DNA of 32,000 bases from assembly GCA_000166095.1 (NCBI GenBank), contig CP002278.1, positions 1,200,001 through 1,232,000 of the forward strand, read 5' to 3'. Source of the stretch: Methanothermus fervidus DSM 2088. Lineage in GTDB: Archaea > Methanobacteriota > Methanobacteria > DSM-2088 > Methanothermaceae. The translations under genes and the position numbers were made by a program. The notes below the pieces were generated by a model. The model searched no databases and was not told the DNA's origin. It saw nothing but the letters and a program-made list of their open reading frames with translations. This document shows positions 10,613-20,649 of this stretch, piece by piece (positions within the stretch are counted from its first letter, which is position 1; each line of letters opens with the position of its first letter).

Positions 10613-11620
10613 GTGATAATACCGGACATACCTACCTACAAAGAAATTTTAGATAAAGCATTTAGTAGAGCTAGGAAATCTGGAGAAAAATTAAGGACGC
10701 TTAGAATACCAAGAAATGTGAAATATAGACGTATAGAAGAGACTAAAATTCAAACTGCATGTGATGTAATGATTTCTACCCTTAAACGTATTTTGGATAA
10801 GACACCAATAATTGATGAACTTCCAGAATTTTATCAAGATTATATTGATGTTACTGTAGGCATTGATGAATTAAAGAAATCTCTAGGTGCTATAAATCGA
10901 GCAATTAAAATAATATCACAATTAAAAAGAGAATACACAAAGCGTATAAAATTTTCAAGTCCTAAAGAAGCATATAAATTAAGAAGGGAAATATATGGGA
11001 GAATATCTTCCGTTATAAAAGAAATAAAAGATGATCTTGATTTTTTAGATTTTGCAAAAAATAGGTTAAAAAACATGCCTACTATAGATTTTGATGCAGT
11101 AACTGTTGTAATTGCAGGTTATCCAAATGTAGGTAAATCAACTTTGTTAAGAAAACTTACTGGAGCAAATCCTGAAGTTGCTGAATATCCTTTCACAACG
11201 AAAGGTATACAGATAGGGTATAGAAAAATTGGGTGGGGAAAACTACAGGTTGTGGATACTCCAGGATTGTTGGATAGACCTGTAGATAAAATGAATGAAA
11301 TAGAATTACAAGCGTTAGTAGCTCTTGAAAACCTTGCAGATCTTATGATTTTCATTTTTGATCCCTCTGAAACTTGTGGATACCCATTAGAAAAACAATT
11401 TGCATTATATAAAAATTTAAGGAAAGTTTTTAATGTTCCTATAATTTCTGTTTTTAATAAAATAGATTTGGTAGAAAATCTTAAATATTTGAAAAAATAT
11501 ATTAACAAAGTAGAAAATCCAATTTTAGTATCTGCTACAGAAGGAAAAGGACTAAAAAAATTAATAGCTAAGTTGGAGGAATTGTATGAAAGATTGGAAA
11601 GAAAAATTTGGAAAACCTGA
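10613..11620 (+). CDS. NOG1-like GTPase
   Basis: G1 GYPNVGKST, G3 DTPG, G4 NKID, NOG1-type N-terminal helical region, FTTKGIQIGY. Confidence 0.9.
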   Translation: MIIPDIPTYKEILDKAFSRARKSGEKLRTLRIPRNVKYRRIEETKIQTACDVMISTLKRILDKTPIIDELPEFYQDYIDVTVGIDELKKSLGAINRAIKIISQLKREYTKRIKFSSPKEAYKLRREIYGRISSVIKEIKDDLDFLDFAKNRLKNMPTIDFDAVTVVIAGYPNVGKSTLLRKLTGANPEVAEYPFTTKGIQIGYRKIGWGKLQVVDTPGLLDRPVDKMNEIELQALVALENLADLMIFIFDPSETCGYPLEKQFALYKNLRKVFNVPIISVFNKIDLVENLKYLKKYINKVENPILVSATEGKGLKKLIAKLEELYERLERKIWKT

Positions 11621-12062
11621 AGAGTTCTTCAGGAGGAGAGGCTTTATGATAGATAAAATGATGGAAGACATGATAAACACAATGAAAAAGATGCATGAAG
11701 AGTTTGAAAGAAGATTGTCAGAATATACAGAATTTTTACCAGCTAAACCTTCTGTTGACGTTATTGATGCTGAAGACAAGATAATAGTTAAAACTGATCT
11801 TCCTGGTGTAAAAAAGGAAGATTTAGATGTAAAGGTTTCAGAAGATACTGTAACAATTAGTGCTAATGTTAGGGAAGAATTAGAAGTTGAAAAAGGAAAC
11901 TACTTTAAAAAAGAGAGAAGATATGGAGAAGCTCACAGGGAAGTAAAATTACCAGCAAAAGTTAAACCAAAAGAAGCTAAAGCAAAATTTGAAAATGGAG
12001 TATTAACAATAGAAATTCCTAAAAAAGAAGTAAAGGAAAAAGTTAGTGTTAAAATCGAGTAA
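11586..12062 (+). CDS. Small heat-shock protein, Hsp20/alpha-crystallin family
   Basis: Alpha-crystallin domain PSVDVIDAEDKIIVKTDLPGVKKEDLDVKV...; GVLTIEIPKK. Both 11586 and 11646 have good Shine-Dalgarno sequences upstream (GGAGG, AGGAGGAG). Confidence 0.9.
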   Translation: MKDWKEKFGKPEEFFRRRGFMIDKMMEDMINTMKKMHEEFERRLSEYTEFLPAKPSVDVIDAEDKIIVKTDLPGVKKEDLDVKVSEDTVTISANVREELEVEKGNYFKKERRYGEAHREVKLPAKVKPKEAKAKFENGVLTIEIPKKEVKEKVSVKIE

Positions 12063-12669
12063 CTTGCTGCATTATATACTTCATAACCTCTTTATCTTTT
12101 TTTGTTCCAACTTTTTTAACGAGTTTTTTCATTTCTTTTATACGTTCTATATACCTTTCTCTAGTCTTTTTATCAGCAATTTTAAACCTACTTGAATATA
12201 TTAAAGATTCAATTATTGCATAAGTTGCGCGATTCAATGGTTTAATGCAATTTTTCATGATAATTTCTTTAACTTTTGCATTTACTAAGTATAGAGTAGA
12301 TTTTCCCAATGAATCTTTTTTATTTATTTTTCTTGTTTTATAAACAACGTTTGTGAAAAATGCATCTGCATCTTTTAAAACGACATATCCTTTATATTTT
12401 TTAAAATAATTAAGTTTTAAATCTGTAAATGTTGACAATGCAAAAATGCATGGATCATCTAAAATGTTAACTGCAAATTTTCCTTCTCTTAATATATTAT
12501 TGAGAGTGTGTGTGCCTTCATAGAGGTATAAGGTTATTTCTTTTTCATTTCTACATAATACACCAATTGGCGCTGCATTACCACTTCCATCTTCATTTAC
12601 TGTTGTAACTATTGTTTCATAAAGTGCTCCCCGCTCCATTTTTAATTTACTTAGTCCTAAATTTTGCAT
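12049..12669 (-). CDS. DUF447 family protein (split-barrel flavin-reductase-like)
   Basis: ETIVTTVNEDGSGNAAPIGVLCR..., NILREGKFAVNILDDPCIFALSTF; typical methanogen DUF447. Confidence 0.75.
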   Translation of the reverse strand: MQNLGLSKLKMERGALYETIVTTVNEDGSGNAAPIGVLCRNEKEITLYLYEGTHTLNNILREGKFAVNILDDPCIFALSTFTDLKLNYFKKYKGYVVLKDADAFFTNVVYKTRKINKKDSLGKSTLYLVNAKVKEIIMKNCIKPLNRATYAIIESLIYSSRFKIADKKTRERYIERIKEMKKLVKKVGTKKDKEVMKYIMQQVTRF

Positions 12670-13139
12670 TATTTAAGCACCGAACCTTTAATTACAGCAT
12701 CAATAATACAATCAAAATTTATTTCTTTATGCCAGCCAGCTTTTCTAAATACATCCATAAAACAAGCCCCTATAATTTTACCTTCCTCTGTCAAAACATT
12801 GTTTATTAACTTTTTAACTTCTTCAACATCTACACCAATTTTCGGCATTGCAAGACCGCCAAGCAACACTAAAGCATCTGCTTTTGCTTCAACCTTCTCA
12901 CCTAATTCTACGCCATAAGAAGTCAAAATTAATTTCCTTGCCTTTTTTACATCAGTATTGGGGATAAATATATTATCTTTATCCCTTAATGCATATGCAA
13001 ACAATTGTGCAAATGGTGTACAAACTCCTGGAACACCAGCATAAGCAATTTTTTTACAACCCCCCACTGCCTCTTTCAATGCATTAAGATTTCCTTTTAT
13101 GCCTTTAAATTCACTTATCTTCTTCAATTCTCTCACCAA
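12669..13139 (-). CDS. DUF2124 family protein
   Basis: KIAYAGVPGVCTPFAQLFAYALRDK..., DALVLLGGLAMPKIGVD, GACFMDVFRKAGWHKEINFDCIIDA. Confidence 0.7.
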   Translation of the reverse strand: MVRELKKISEFKGIKGNLNALKEAVGGCKKIAYAGVPGVCTPFAQLFAYALRDKDNIFIPNTDVKKARKLILTSYGVELGEKVEAKADALVLLGGLAMPKIGVDVEEVKKLINNVLTEEGKIIGACFMDVFRKAGWHKEINFDCIIDAVIKGSVLK

Positions 13140-13188
13140 AAAATATTTTTTATTATTTATAAAAAAACGGTATTGATAAATTTTAGGA

Positions 13189-13755
13189 TTGGTTCATATG
13201 AAAGAAATTGTCATGCTTAAAAAAGCATTAAAAATATTAACATACTCTAAAGCTTTTGCTTTTCTTATACCTGAAACAGGGACAAATATTGTAATGTCAA
13301 AGAAAAATCCAAAAAATAAGGAAGATATAGCAGGGATTCCAGGAAGAATAAGAAAATTTAAGGATAAAGCTATAGTATGTGAAGATCCAAAATTTGGCGC
13401 TTCCTCACATCTCGCAAATTTGATTTTGACATTGCAAAAATACGATCCTGAAAAAAGAAGTGCTATAAACATTAAATATGATAAAAAAATTATTAAAATA
13501 GCTAAGGATATAAACTTAACAATATCAAGTTATGATAGAAGAGAGGAGCCAAAGAAAATTAAGGAAAAGGAAGGAAGTACGATATCTTGGGGTGCCAAAG
13601 CAGCTATAGACAAAATTGGCCAAATTCCAGATTTAATATATCACAAAGGAGATTGGGGAAAAGAACCAATGATAAATATTGTTGGGACTGATCCAATCAA
13701 TTTAGCTAAGTTAACAGTAAAAATTGCCAAAATTTATGTTGGTGAAAAGATATGA
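13189..13755 (+). CDS. thiN: Stand-alone ThiN-type thiamine-phosphate synthase domain protein
   Basis: [95 protein letters not shown] match ThiN. Confidence 0.85.
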   Translation: MVHMKEIVMLKKALKILTYSKAFAFLIPETGTNIVMSKKNPKNKEDIAGIPGRIRKFKDKAIVCEDPKFGASSHLANLILTLQKYDPEKRSAINIKYDKKIIKIAKDINLTISSYDRREEPKKIKEKEGSTISWGAKAAIDKIGQIPDLIYHKGDWGKEPMINIVGTDPINLAKLTVKIAKIYVGEKI

Positions 13756-14759
13756 AATATAAGATGTATAATGAACTTCAAGACCAACCAAAATCTATTA
13801 TAAATACTTTAAAACATGAAAAGTCCCATATGAAGGAAATTTCTGAAAAATTTAAAGATTTTGACAAAATATATCTTGTTGGATGTGGTAGTTCCTTGTC
13901 AACTTGTTATTCTGTCAGAGATGCATTGTCAATGCTCTATGACACAAATATCGAAGTATTTACAGGATATGAGTTTTTTTATCATAAAAAAATTTCAAAT
14001 AAAAATGCAGGAGTAATTTTTACCTCACAATCTGGGGAAACTGTAGATACAATAGCTGCTCTCAGAAAATCACAAAAAATAGGAATTGAAAATGTGGTAA
14101 TAACAAACGAAAAAAATAGTACGATGGCTAAAGAGTGCAATGATGTCATATTAACAAGATGTGGTCGTGAAAGTGCAATTGTGGCAACCAAAACATATGT
14201 AACACAACTTTTCTCACTTTATTATATATTGTTTGGAATGAAAGAAAATAAAAAAATAATAAAGGAGTTAGAAGCTCTGCCAAAAATTCTTAGGAAGATT
14301 ATTGATGAGAGTGAGGAAAAAAACAAAATATTAGCTAAAAAATACAAAGATAAAGAAATATTTTATTGTATTGGCAGTGGACCAAATTATGGTCTTGCAT
14401 ATAAATTGGCAATGACTATGTTAATGGAAGGTGCCCACAAACATGCATGCCCTCTATATTCTGGTGAATTTAAACATAGCTTAGTTGAAAGAATTGAGAA
14501 TGGAATTCCAGTAATAATATTAAATGCAGATTTTCCAGGCGATAAATTAACAATTCAGGCACTGGAATTCTGTAAAAAAGTAGGTGCTGACGTATTATTA
14601 TATGATATGAAGGATTATTGCGACATAGATAAATTACTTTCGCCATTTGTTTTAGTTTGTCCTTTAGAGTGGTTTGTATATTATTTGGCACACTATAATG
14701 GTAAAGATCCAGGTAGTACGCGCCATATAGATAAAATAAGAAATAATGATGATTTATAA
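13752..14759 (+). CDS. Double SIS-domain protein (GlmS isomerase-like, no glutaminase domain)
   Basis: [64 protein letters not shown]; starts with a 4-bp overlap on thiN. Confidence 0.85.
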   Translation: MKYKMYNELQDQPKSIINTLKHEKSHMKEISEKFKDFDKIYLVGCGSSLSTCYSVRDALSMLYDTNIEVFTGYEFFYHKKISNKNAGVIFTSQSGETVDTIAALRKSQKIGIENVVITNEKNSTMAKECNDVILTRCGRESAIVATKTYVTQLFSLYYILFGMKENKKIIKELEALPKILRKIIDESEEKNKILAKKYKDKEIFYCIGSGPNYGLAYKLAMTMLMEGAHKHACPLYSGEFKHSLVERIENGIPVIILNADFPGDKLTIQALEFCKKVGADVLLYDMKDYCDIDKLLSPFVLVCPLEWFVYYLAHYNGKDPGSTRHIDKIRNNDDL

Positions 14760-14773
14760 GGGGATGTGGAAAT

Positions 14774-14974
14774 ATGGGTAACCTTAGGTATTTAGTTATT
14801 TTAATTCTTTTTATAGCGGTTATTGCCTTTATTTGTGGTTCAGTAGTTGGAATTGTTATCGGAATTTCTGAAAACTTCAAAAATTATGGAACCATGAAAA
14901 TAAACCAATACAATATAACATTTCCATTTCATCTAACTAAAGTTATGGAAAATTCTTTCTGCTTAGAAAAATAG
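14774..14974 (+). CDS. Small single-pass membrane protein of unknown function
   Basis: 66 aa with one strong TM (LVILILFIAVIAFICGSVVGIVIGI); sits in the gap between co-oriented genes with SD-like GGGGATGTGG upstream. Confidence 0.5.
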   Translation: MGNLRYLVILILFIAVIAFICGSVVGIVIGISENFKNYGTMKINQYNITFPFHLTKVMENSFCLEK

Positions 14975-14985
14975 GAAGGGATAAA

Positions 14986-16164
14986 TTGCAAAGGGTAAAT
15001 GGTGGAGTATGCACAGTCAAAAACATTAAAGCATCAGGATGTAAAAATGGAAAACATGGTGTTGGAATTTTATTAACAAAAAATTGTGAGGCTGCAGGGG
15101 TTTTTACAAAAAATAAAATAAAAGCAGCCCCTGTTAGATTAACAAAAAAAGTATTAAGAGATGGGAAACTTTCTGCAATAGTTGCCAATAGTGGCAATGC
15201 AAATTGTTTTACAGGTAAAAAAGGCATGGAAGATGCTATAAAAATGCAGGAAATAACTGCTGAGAAACTAAATTTAGATCCAAATGAGGTTGCAGTTGCA
15301 TCAACAGGTATAATTGGTTTAAGAATGCCAATGGAAAAAATAATTCCTCTTATAAATAAAGCATCTTTAAAATTAAATAATTCCCCAAAAGCTTCAAGAA
15401 AATTTGCAAAAGCAATAATGACAACAGATACATTTCCAAAAGAGTTCGCTGTTGAATTCAGGCTTAAAAATGGTGAAAAATGTAGAATTGGTGGAGTAGC
15501 TAAAGGTGCTGGTATGATATCTCCAAATATGGCTACTATGTTATCCTTTATAACCACAGATATAGATGCTAGCGCAGATGAATTATATGAGTCTCTAAAG
15601 ATTGCTGTAGATCGTAGTTTTAATATGGTGGTTGTTGATGGCGATCAAAGCACTAATGACATGGTATTAATTTCTTCAACTAGAGAATCTGGAGAAATTG
15701 ATGAAAAGTTTCAAACAGCTTTAAATTTTCTTTGTGAAGAGTTAGCTAAGATGATAGCAAAGGATGGAGAAGGTGCAACAAAATTCATAGAAGTTATAGT
15801 TAAAAATGCAAAATCGTCTGAAGATGCAAAGAAAATTGCCAAATCCATTGTGTCTTCTCCACTTGTTAAGACAGCTGTTTTTGGATCTGATCCAAATGTA
15901 GGTAGAATAATAGCAGCCATAGGATCAACAAATTGCGATGTTAAGGAAGAAAAAATAAATATAAGATTAAAATCTGTTACAGATGTTAACATTGTTAAAA
16001 ATGGTGAAATAATAAAAAGTAAAATACCCTATGCAAGAAAAGTAATGAATGAAAAAGAAATTAAAATTATTGTGGATTTAAAGTTTGGAAATTCCTCAGC
16101 AAAGGCATATGGTTGTGATTTAACATATGATTATGTTAAAATAAATTCAGAATACAGTACGTGA
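14986..16164 (+). CDS. argJ: Glutamate N-acetyltransferase / amino-acid acetyltransferase ArgJ
   Basis: [26 protein letters not shown]; [21 protein letters not shown]; [26 protein letters not shown] start likely. Confidence 0.95.
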   Translation: MQRVNGGVCTVKNIKASGCKNGKHGVGILLTKNCEAAGVFTKNKIKAAPVRLTKKVLRDGKLSAIVANSGNANCFTGKKGMEDAIKMQEITAEKLNLDPNEVAVASTGIIGLRMPMEKIIPLINKASLKLNNSPKASRKFAKAIMTTDTFPKEFAVEFRLKNGEKCRIGGVAKGAGMISPNMATMLSFITTDIDASADELYESLKIAVDRSFNMVVVDGDQSTNDMVLISSTRESGEIDEKFQTALNFLCEELAKMIAKDGEGATKFIEVIVKNAKSSEDAKKIAKSIVSSPLVKTAVFGSDPNVGRIIAAIGSTNCDVKEEKINIRLKSVTDVNIVKNGEIIKSKIPYARKVMNEKEIKIIVDLKFGNSSAKAYGCDLTYDYVKINSEYST

Positions 16165-16168
16165 TAAA

Positions 16169-17050
16169 ATGGCAAAAAAAATAGAAGTTCTTATTGAAGC
16201 ATTGCCATACATCAAGAAATTTCATAAGAAAAAAATGCTAATAAAATACGGTGGACATGCAATGATAGATGAAGATATAATGAATTCAACTGCAAGAGAC
16301 ATTGTTTTACTTAAATATGTAGGAATAGAGCCTGTTGTTGTGCATGGTGGAGGTCCAGAGATATCTAGGGCTATGAAAAAAATGGGTAAAAAACCTAAAT
16401 TTATAGACGGATTACGAATCACTGATGAAGAAACAATGGATATTGTTAAAATGGTCTTGGTTGGAAAAATAAATACTGCAATAGTTGGTACTATATGTTT
16501 CCATGGAGGCAAGGCCGTAGGATTATCAGGAAAAGATGGCCAATTGTTAATTGCAAGAAAAAAAGCTCCTCAAGTAATTACAGATAAGAGTGGTAAAAAA
16601 AGAAAAATAGACCTTGGCTTAGTTGGTGAAATCGAAGAAATAAGACCATCTATAATAAATTTACTTACAGAAAATGATTATATTCCTGTTATATCCCCCG
16701 TGGGCGTAGATAGAAATGCTAACACTTTAAATTTAAATGCAGATACAGTAGCTGGTGAAATTGCAAGTAAAATAAATGCAGAAAAATTGATAATTTTAAC
16801 TGACGTGCCTGGGATATTGGAAGATCCTAAAGATCCAGAAACACTCATTAAAAAACTTACAGTAGAAGAATTACAAGAATTGATTAAAAATGGAACTATA
16901 AGAGGAGGAATGGTTCCAAAGGCGTTGACATGTATTGAAGCTTTGAATTCTGGAGTATCTTCAGCTCATATAATTGATGGACGCATTAAACATTCATTGT
17001 TGTTGGAGATATTTACTGATGAAGGAATTGGAACTATGATAGTTCCATAA
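16169..17050 (+). CDS. argB: Acetylglutamate kinase ArgB
   Basis: [51 protein letters not shown]; 4 bp downstream of argJ. Confidence 0.95.
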   Translation: MAKKIEVLIEALPYIKKFHKKKMLIKYGGHAMIDEDIMNSTARDIVLLKYVGIEPVVVHGGGPEISRAMKKMGKKPKFIDGLRITDEETMDIVKMVLVGKINTAIVGTICFHGGKAVGLSGKDGQLLIARKKAPQVITDKSGKKRKIDLGLVGEIEEIRPSIINLLTENDYIPVISPVGVDRNANTLNLNADTVAGEIASKINAEKLIILTDVPGILEDPKDPETLIKKLTVEELQELIKNGTIRGGMVPKALTCIEALNSGVSSAHIIDGRIKHSLLLEIFTDEGIGTMIVP

Positions 17051-18035
17051 TTTTCTTTTTTATTTCCTCAGCCATCTCCATAGTCTTAAGATTTCCACCA
17101 AGATCAGGAGTTACCTTTCCCTCCCTAAGGACCTCAATCAAAGCATTCTCAACCAAATCACCTTCTCTCTCAAATCCAAGATGCCTCAACATCATAACTG
17201 AGGATAGGATCATTGCAGTTGGATTTGCAATCCCTTTACCTGCAATATCTGGAGCAGATCCATGTACAGGTTCGAAAAGCGAATTTTTTTCACCTATATT
17301 TGCAGATGGTGCCAATCCAAGACCACCAACTAAACCAGCAGCCTCATCAGAAAGTATGTCCCCATATAGATTTGTTGTGACCAAAACATCAAAATCTTGT
17401 GGTTTTGTTATTAGGTAGAGGGCCATTGCATCAACATAAACATCCTCAGCTTCAATCTCTGGATATCCTTCAGCAACCTCATAAAATACTTCCCTAAACA
17501 ACCCATCTGTCTTCTTAAGGACATTTGCTTTATGTACAGCAGTAACTTTTTCATTTGCAATTTTGAATGCAAACTCACAAATCCTTTCACATGCTTTCCT
17601 AGTTATAACTCTAACAGCTTCAGCTCCTTCATCTGTATATCTCTCTATTCCAGAATATAGGCACTCTGTATTCTCTCTCACTATTGTTAAGTCTATATCT
17701 TTCCTAATACATTCTATTCCAGGATAGCATTTAACTGGTCTTACATTTGCGAAGAGGTCTAGTTCTTTTCTTAAAGTTATTATTGCACTTTTTTGTCCAG
17801 GAACTGTAGTGACAGCTCCAAATAAAATAGCATCGGATTTTTTTGCCTTTTTTAAGCTTTCATCAGGTAAAGTATCTCCATATTTTTTAAAACATTCATA
17901 ACCAGCATATGCTTCTATAAATTTTATGTTGAGGTCTAGGATGGAAAGCACTGATAATGCGGCATCCATGACTTCCTTCCCTATTCCATCTCCTTTAATA
18001 ACTACAACCTTTTTCTTTCCCATATTCTCAACCAA
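17034..18035 (-). CDS. leuB: 3-isopropylmalate dehydrogenase (beta-decarboxylating dehydrogenase family)
   Basis: [76 protein letters not shown]. The [27 protein letters not shown] segment looks more like archaeal LeuB than AksF. Confidence 0.85.
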   Translation of the reverse strand: MVENMGKKKVVVIKGDGIGKEVMDAALSVLSILDLNIKFIEAYAGYECFKKYGDTLPDESLKKAKKSDAILFGAVTTVPGQKSAIITLRKELDLFANVRPVKCYPGIECIRKDIDLTIVRENTECLYSGIERYTDEGAEAVRVITRKACERICEFAFKIANEKVTAVHKANVLKKTDGLFREVFYEVAEGYPEIEAEDVYVDAMALYLITKPQDFDVLVTTNLYGDILSDEAAGLVGGLGLAPSANIGEKNSLFEPVHGSAPDIAGKGIANPTAMILSSVMMLRHLGFEREGDLVENALIEVLREGKVTPDLGGNLKTMEMAEEIKKKIMELS

Positions 18036-18133
18036 ATTTTTTATTCATAACTAAATTTAAGGTCAGTTGTGAAAATAAGTATATAGTAACTTATGTGAAG
18101 TGGTAATGTAATGGATGGAAGTAGGTGAGTCAC

Positions 18134-18463
18134 ATGAAAGTTCATTTACAAATTTTTGTTGAGATAGAAAATTTGGGACGTGTAATAAATATACTTTCTA
18201 AGGAAGGAGTTACAGGATTTTATTTAATTGAATATAGGGGAGTATCTCCACAGGAATGGGAAGGTTTTACAATTCAAGAAGATCCAAAATCTGTTGTATC
18301 ATTTATTAAAGATGTTGCACAAAATGCTATACTGGTATCTTGTGTAGTTGATAAAGAAAAGGCATATGATATTAGAAAAGAAATAAACAGGAAATTAAGC
18401 GATGTAAAATATACAATAATGGAAATTCCAATAAAAAGCATTGTTGTAAATTTTGCTGATTAG
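18134..18463 (+). CDS. Small conserved protein, P-II-like/ferredoxin-fold (archaeal MJ1244-like family)
   Basis: MKVHLQIFVEIENLGRVINILSKEGVTGFYLIEYRGVSPQEWEGF...; ATG 18134 is 6 nt after GTAGGTGA. Confidence 0.55.
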   Translation: MKVHLQIFVEIENLGRVINILSKEGVTGFYLIEYRGVSPQEWEGFTIQEDPKSVVSFIKDVAQNAILVSCVVDKEKAYDIRKEINRKLSDVKYTIMEIPIKSIVVNFAD

Positions 18464-19324
18464 GTGATAAGTATGAAAGCTGTGATACCTGCGGCGGGAT
18501 TAGGTACTAGACTTTTACCAATTACTAAAGCGCAGCCAAAGGAAATGTTACCTGTTTTTGATAAACCGGCTATTCAATATGTTGTAGAGGAGGCTGTGGC
18601 AGCAGGAATTGATGATATACTTATAATAACTGGTAAAGGTAAAAGATCAATAGAAGATCATTTTGATAGATCTTTTGAATTAGAATATTTTTTAAAAAAG
18701 AATAATAAAAATGAGATGCTTAATGAAATTGAAGAAATTTCAGAATTAGCTGATATTTATTATGTAAGACAAAGAGAACAAAAAGGATTAGGGGATGCTA
18801 TATATTGTGCGCGTAAGCATGTTGATGGAGAAACATTTGCTGTATTGTTGGGAGATACAATAACATATTCTAAGACACCATGCATTAAAAAATTAATGGA
18901 GATGTATAAGATATACAAATCCAGTATTGTAGCTGTTGAAGAGGTTCCAAGAAAAAAAGTAAGTAGGTATGGAATAATAAAGGGAAAAGAATTGAAAAAA
19001 AATATTTATTTGGTTGAAGACATGGTTGAAAAACCTAAAATTGAGGAAGCACCGTCAAACCTAGCTATAATTGGTAGATATATCCTTGAACCAGAAATAT
19101 TTGATTGTATAAAAGAAACAGGTCCAGGAGTTGGTGGTGAAATACAACTAACAGATGCAATGAGATTGCTAGATAGAGTATATGCTTACAAGTTTTCTGG
19201 GAAAACATATGATATTGGAAATAAAATAGATTGGCTAAAAACTTCTATAGAATTTGCACTTAGAGAAAAAGATATTAAAGAAAAACTAAAACCTTGGCTT
19301 TCAAAAATTATTAAACAAAACTAA
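18464..19324 (+). CDS. galU: UTP--glucose-1-phosphate uridylyltransferase
   Basis: MKAVIPAAGLGTRLLPITKAQPKEMLPVFDKPAIQYVVEEAVAAGIDDILIITG; GVGGEIQLTDAM. ATG at 18473 is a likely start. Confidence 0.95.
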   Translation: MISMKAVIPAAGLGTRLLPITKAQPKEMLPVFDKPAIQYVVEEAVAAGIDDILIITGKGKRSIEDHFDRSFELEYFLKKNNKNEMLNEIEEISELADIYYVRQREQKGLGDAIYCARKHVDGETFAVLLGDTITYSKTPCIKKLMEMYKIYKSSIVAVEEVPRKKVSRYGIIKGKELKKNIYLVEDMVEKPKIEEAPSNLAIIGRYILEPEIFDCIKETGPGVGGEIQLTDAMRLLDRVYAYKFSGKTYDIGNKIDWLKTSIEFALREKDIKEKLKPWLSKIIKQN

Positions 19325-19330
19325 TAAAAA

Positions 19331-19404
19331 TCCCGGCTGCCGGATTTGAACCGGCGACCCGCGGATCTACAGTCCGCCGCTCTACCAGACTGAGCTAAGC
19401 CGGG
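19331..19404 (-). tRNA. tRNA-Tyr (GTA anticodon)
   Basis: CCCGGCT TA GCTC AGTCTGGTA GAGC G GCGGA CTGTAGA TCCGC GGGTC GCCGG TTCAAAT CCGGC AGCCGGG A: full cloverleaf, 7-bp acceptor, archaeal C1-G72, discriminator A, no encoded CCA, no intron. Confidence 0.97.
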
Positions 19405-19441
19405 ATATCTTTACTCACAAGATATTATAAAAAAGTTCTTA

Positions 19442-19449
19442 TATATAAA
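19442..19449 (-). promoter_or_regulatory. TATA box (TTTATATA) for tRNA-Tyr
   Basis: Minus-strand TTTATATA about 38-45 nt upstream of the tRNA 5' end. Confidence 0.6.
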
Positions 19450-19458
19450 TTTTTCTGT

Positions 19459-20649
19459 TCATGTAATCAATGCATAAATCAATGACAATATTATTGCTAT
19501 AACACCTAATTCCCATCTTCCAATTTGCCATCCAATAAAAGTCATTAAAAAGACAAAAATAAAAATCAAAATTCCTTCTCCCTTCCTATTCAATGCAAAA
19601 TTTATTAAAGTTCTAGTGAAATCTGAAGGAATAAAATAAGCATAAGTACCATTTGCAAGATTAAAAACTACTGTAGAGCTTGGATGCCAAAACTTTACAT
19701 CATCAGATAAATATGCATTTTCACCAGCTTCTTTCCTAGTTTTACCTACTCCAGCCCTTATTTTAACATCGTTTACTTGACTTTCCCAAATTGCTTCTAA
19801 TATTGCTTGTAATGCTAAATCTTTTGTTGGCATACTTGCAACCAAATCATCGCCACCTTTACGATAACCTTCTATTTTTCCTTCTCGTTCTTCGATTCTT
19901 TTCTTTATTTTTTCCATCACTAAACTTAAAAAGTCTCTACCATATTTCTCAATAAATTTTGTGGAATTTATTACATCAAGAAAAAGATAATTGCCATGAG
20001 TAGAATATGTTTCACCAATTTTTGAAATTTTTGATGGAAAGAGAAGTGCAAATTCCCCACCAAATTTTGTAAAAGCCACTCCTGGTATTTCACCGACTTC
20101 ATTAGTTAACTTTATAGCTCTTTCTACAGCTGCTGCAGCGGTCATTCCTACGGCAGCCCGCACATTTAAATTTTTCTCACCACCCAATGCTATAAGCTTT
20201 ATTGCTATTTTTATTGCTTCATTTTTTGATATTAATCTTGCTAATATTTCATTAGGACCTTTTTCTACAATTTCTCCTCCTTCATTTTTGATTGTATCAA
20301 TAAATTCATTCACATCAGCTTTTTCTGGAAGTTCAACATATAGATATCTATCACTGCCAACAATTATATCACTTAAAAGTGCACGTTCATTTATATCTTT
20401 CTCAGGTTTTTTTAATTCAACAAATCTACCATTTCGAGGCAAAGCAAAATTTAGTTCTTCAACTAAACTTTCAAATATGCTATTAGAATCAATTTTTGCC
20501 TTTTTAAGTTCTATCAACATAGTTTTTGTATCGTTCATCATTTTAACATATTTTTCTTCGTCTTCTGTAGTTGGACGATAATCAGTCCCAATACTAATAA
20601 TCCTTTTTCCAATAAAAAAACTTAAAATAAAGCGTAGGATCCTACCCAT
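19459..20649 (-). CDS. Membrane-anchored tandem palm-domain (nucleotidyl-cyclase/GGDD-like) protein
   Basis: 396 aa; YLFLDVINSTKFIEKYG (metal-binding Asp motif), EGYRKGGDDLVASMP (GGDD), DVKIRAGVGKTRKEAGENAY; degenerate N-terminal copy YLYVELPEKADVNEF / VEKGPNEILARL / LNVRAAVGMTAAAAVERA; two C-terminal TM segments. Confidence 0.6.
   Translation of the reverse strand: MGRILRFILSFFIGKRIISIGTDYRPTTEDEEKYVKMMNDTKTMLIELKKAKIDSNSIFESLVEELNFALPRNGRFVELKKPEKDINERALLSDIIVGSDRYLYVELPEKADVNEFIDTIKNEGGEIVEKGPNEILARLISKNEAIKIAIKLIALGGEKNLNVRAAVGMTAAAAVERAIKLTNEVGEIPGVAFTKFGGEFALLFPSKISKIGETYSTHGNYLFLDVINSTKFIEKYGRDFLSLVMEKIKKRIEEREGKIEGYRKGGDDLVASMPTKDLALQAILEAIWESQVNDVKIRAGVGKTRKEAGENAYLSDDVKFWHPSSTVVFNLANGTYAYFIPSDFTRTLINFALNRKGEGILIFIFVFLMTFIGWQIGRWELGVIAIILSLIYALIT

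Noticed and set aside
8911-10629. ORFs 8911-9096, 9106-9468, 9727-10140, 9938-10525, 10447-10629, all minus strand
   Set aside because: Antisense to tldD and AMMECR1, whose products have recognisable motifs; the ORF products have no family signature.
11586-11646. Possible frameshift or fusion between NOG1-like GTPase and Hsp20
   Set aside because: Each product is complete with its own start and SD; a short overlap is normal in this compact genome.
14943-15992. Minus-strand ORFs 14943-15557 (204 aa) and 15711-15992
   Set aside because: Antisense shadow ORFs of argJ despite their length.
19331-19404. Possible integration hotspot at tRNA-Tyr
   Set aside because: Flanked by ordinary genes (galU and the palm gene); no duplicated 3' tRNA fragment or integrase noticed in the window.
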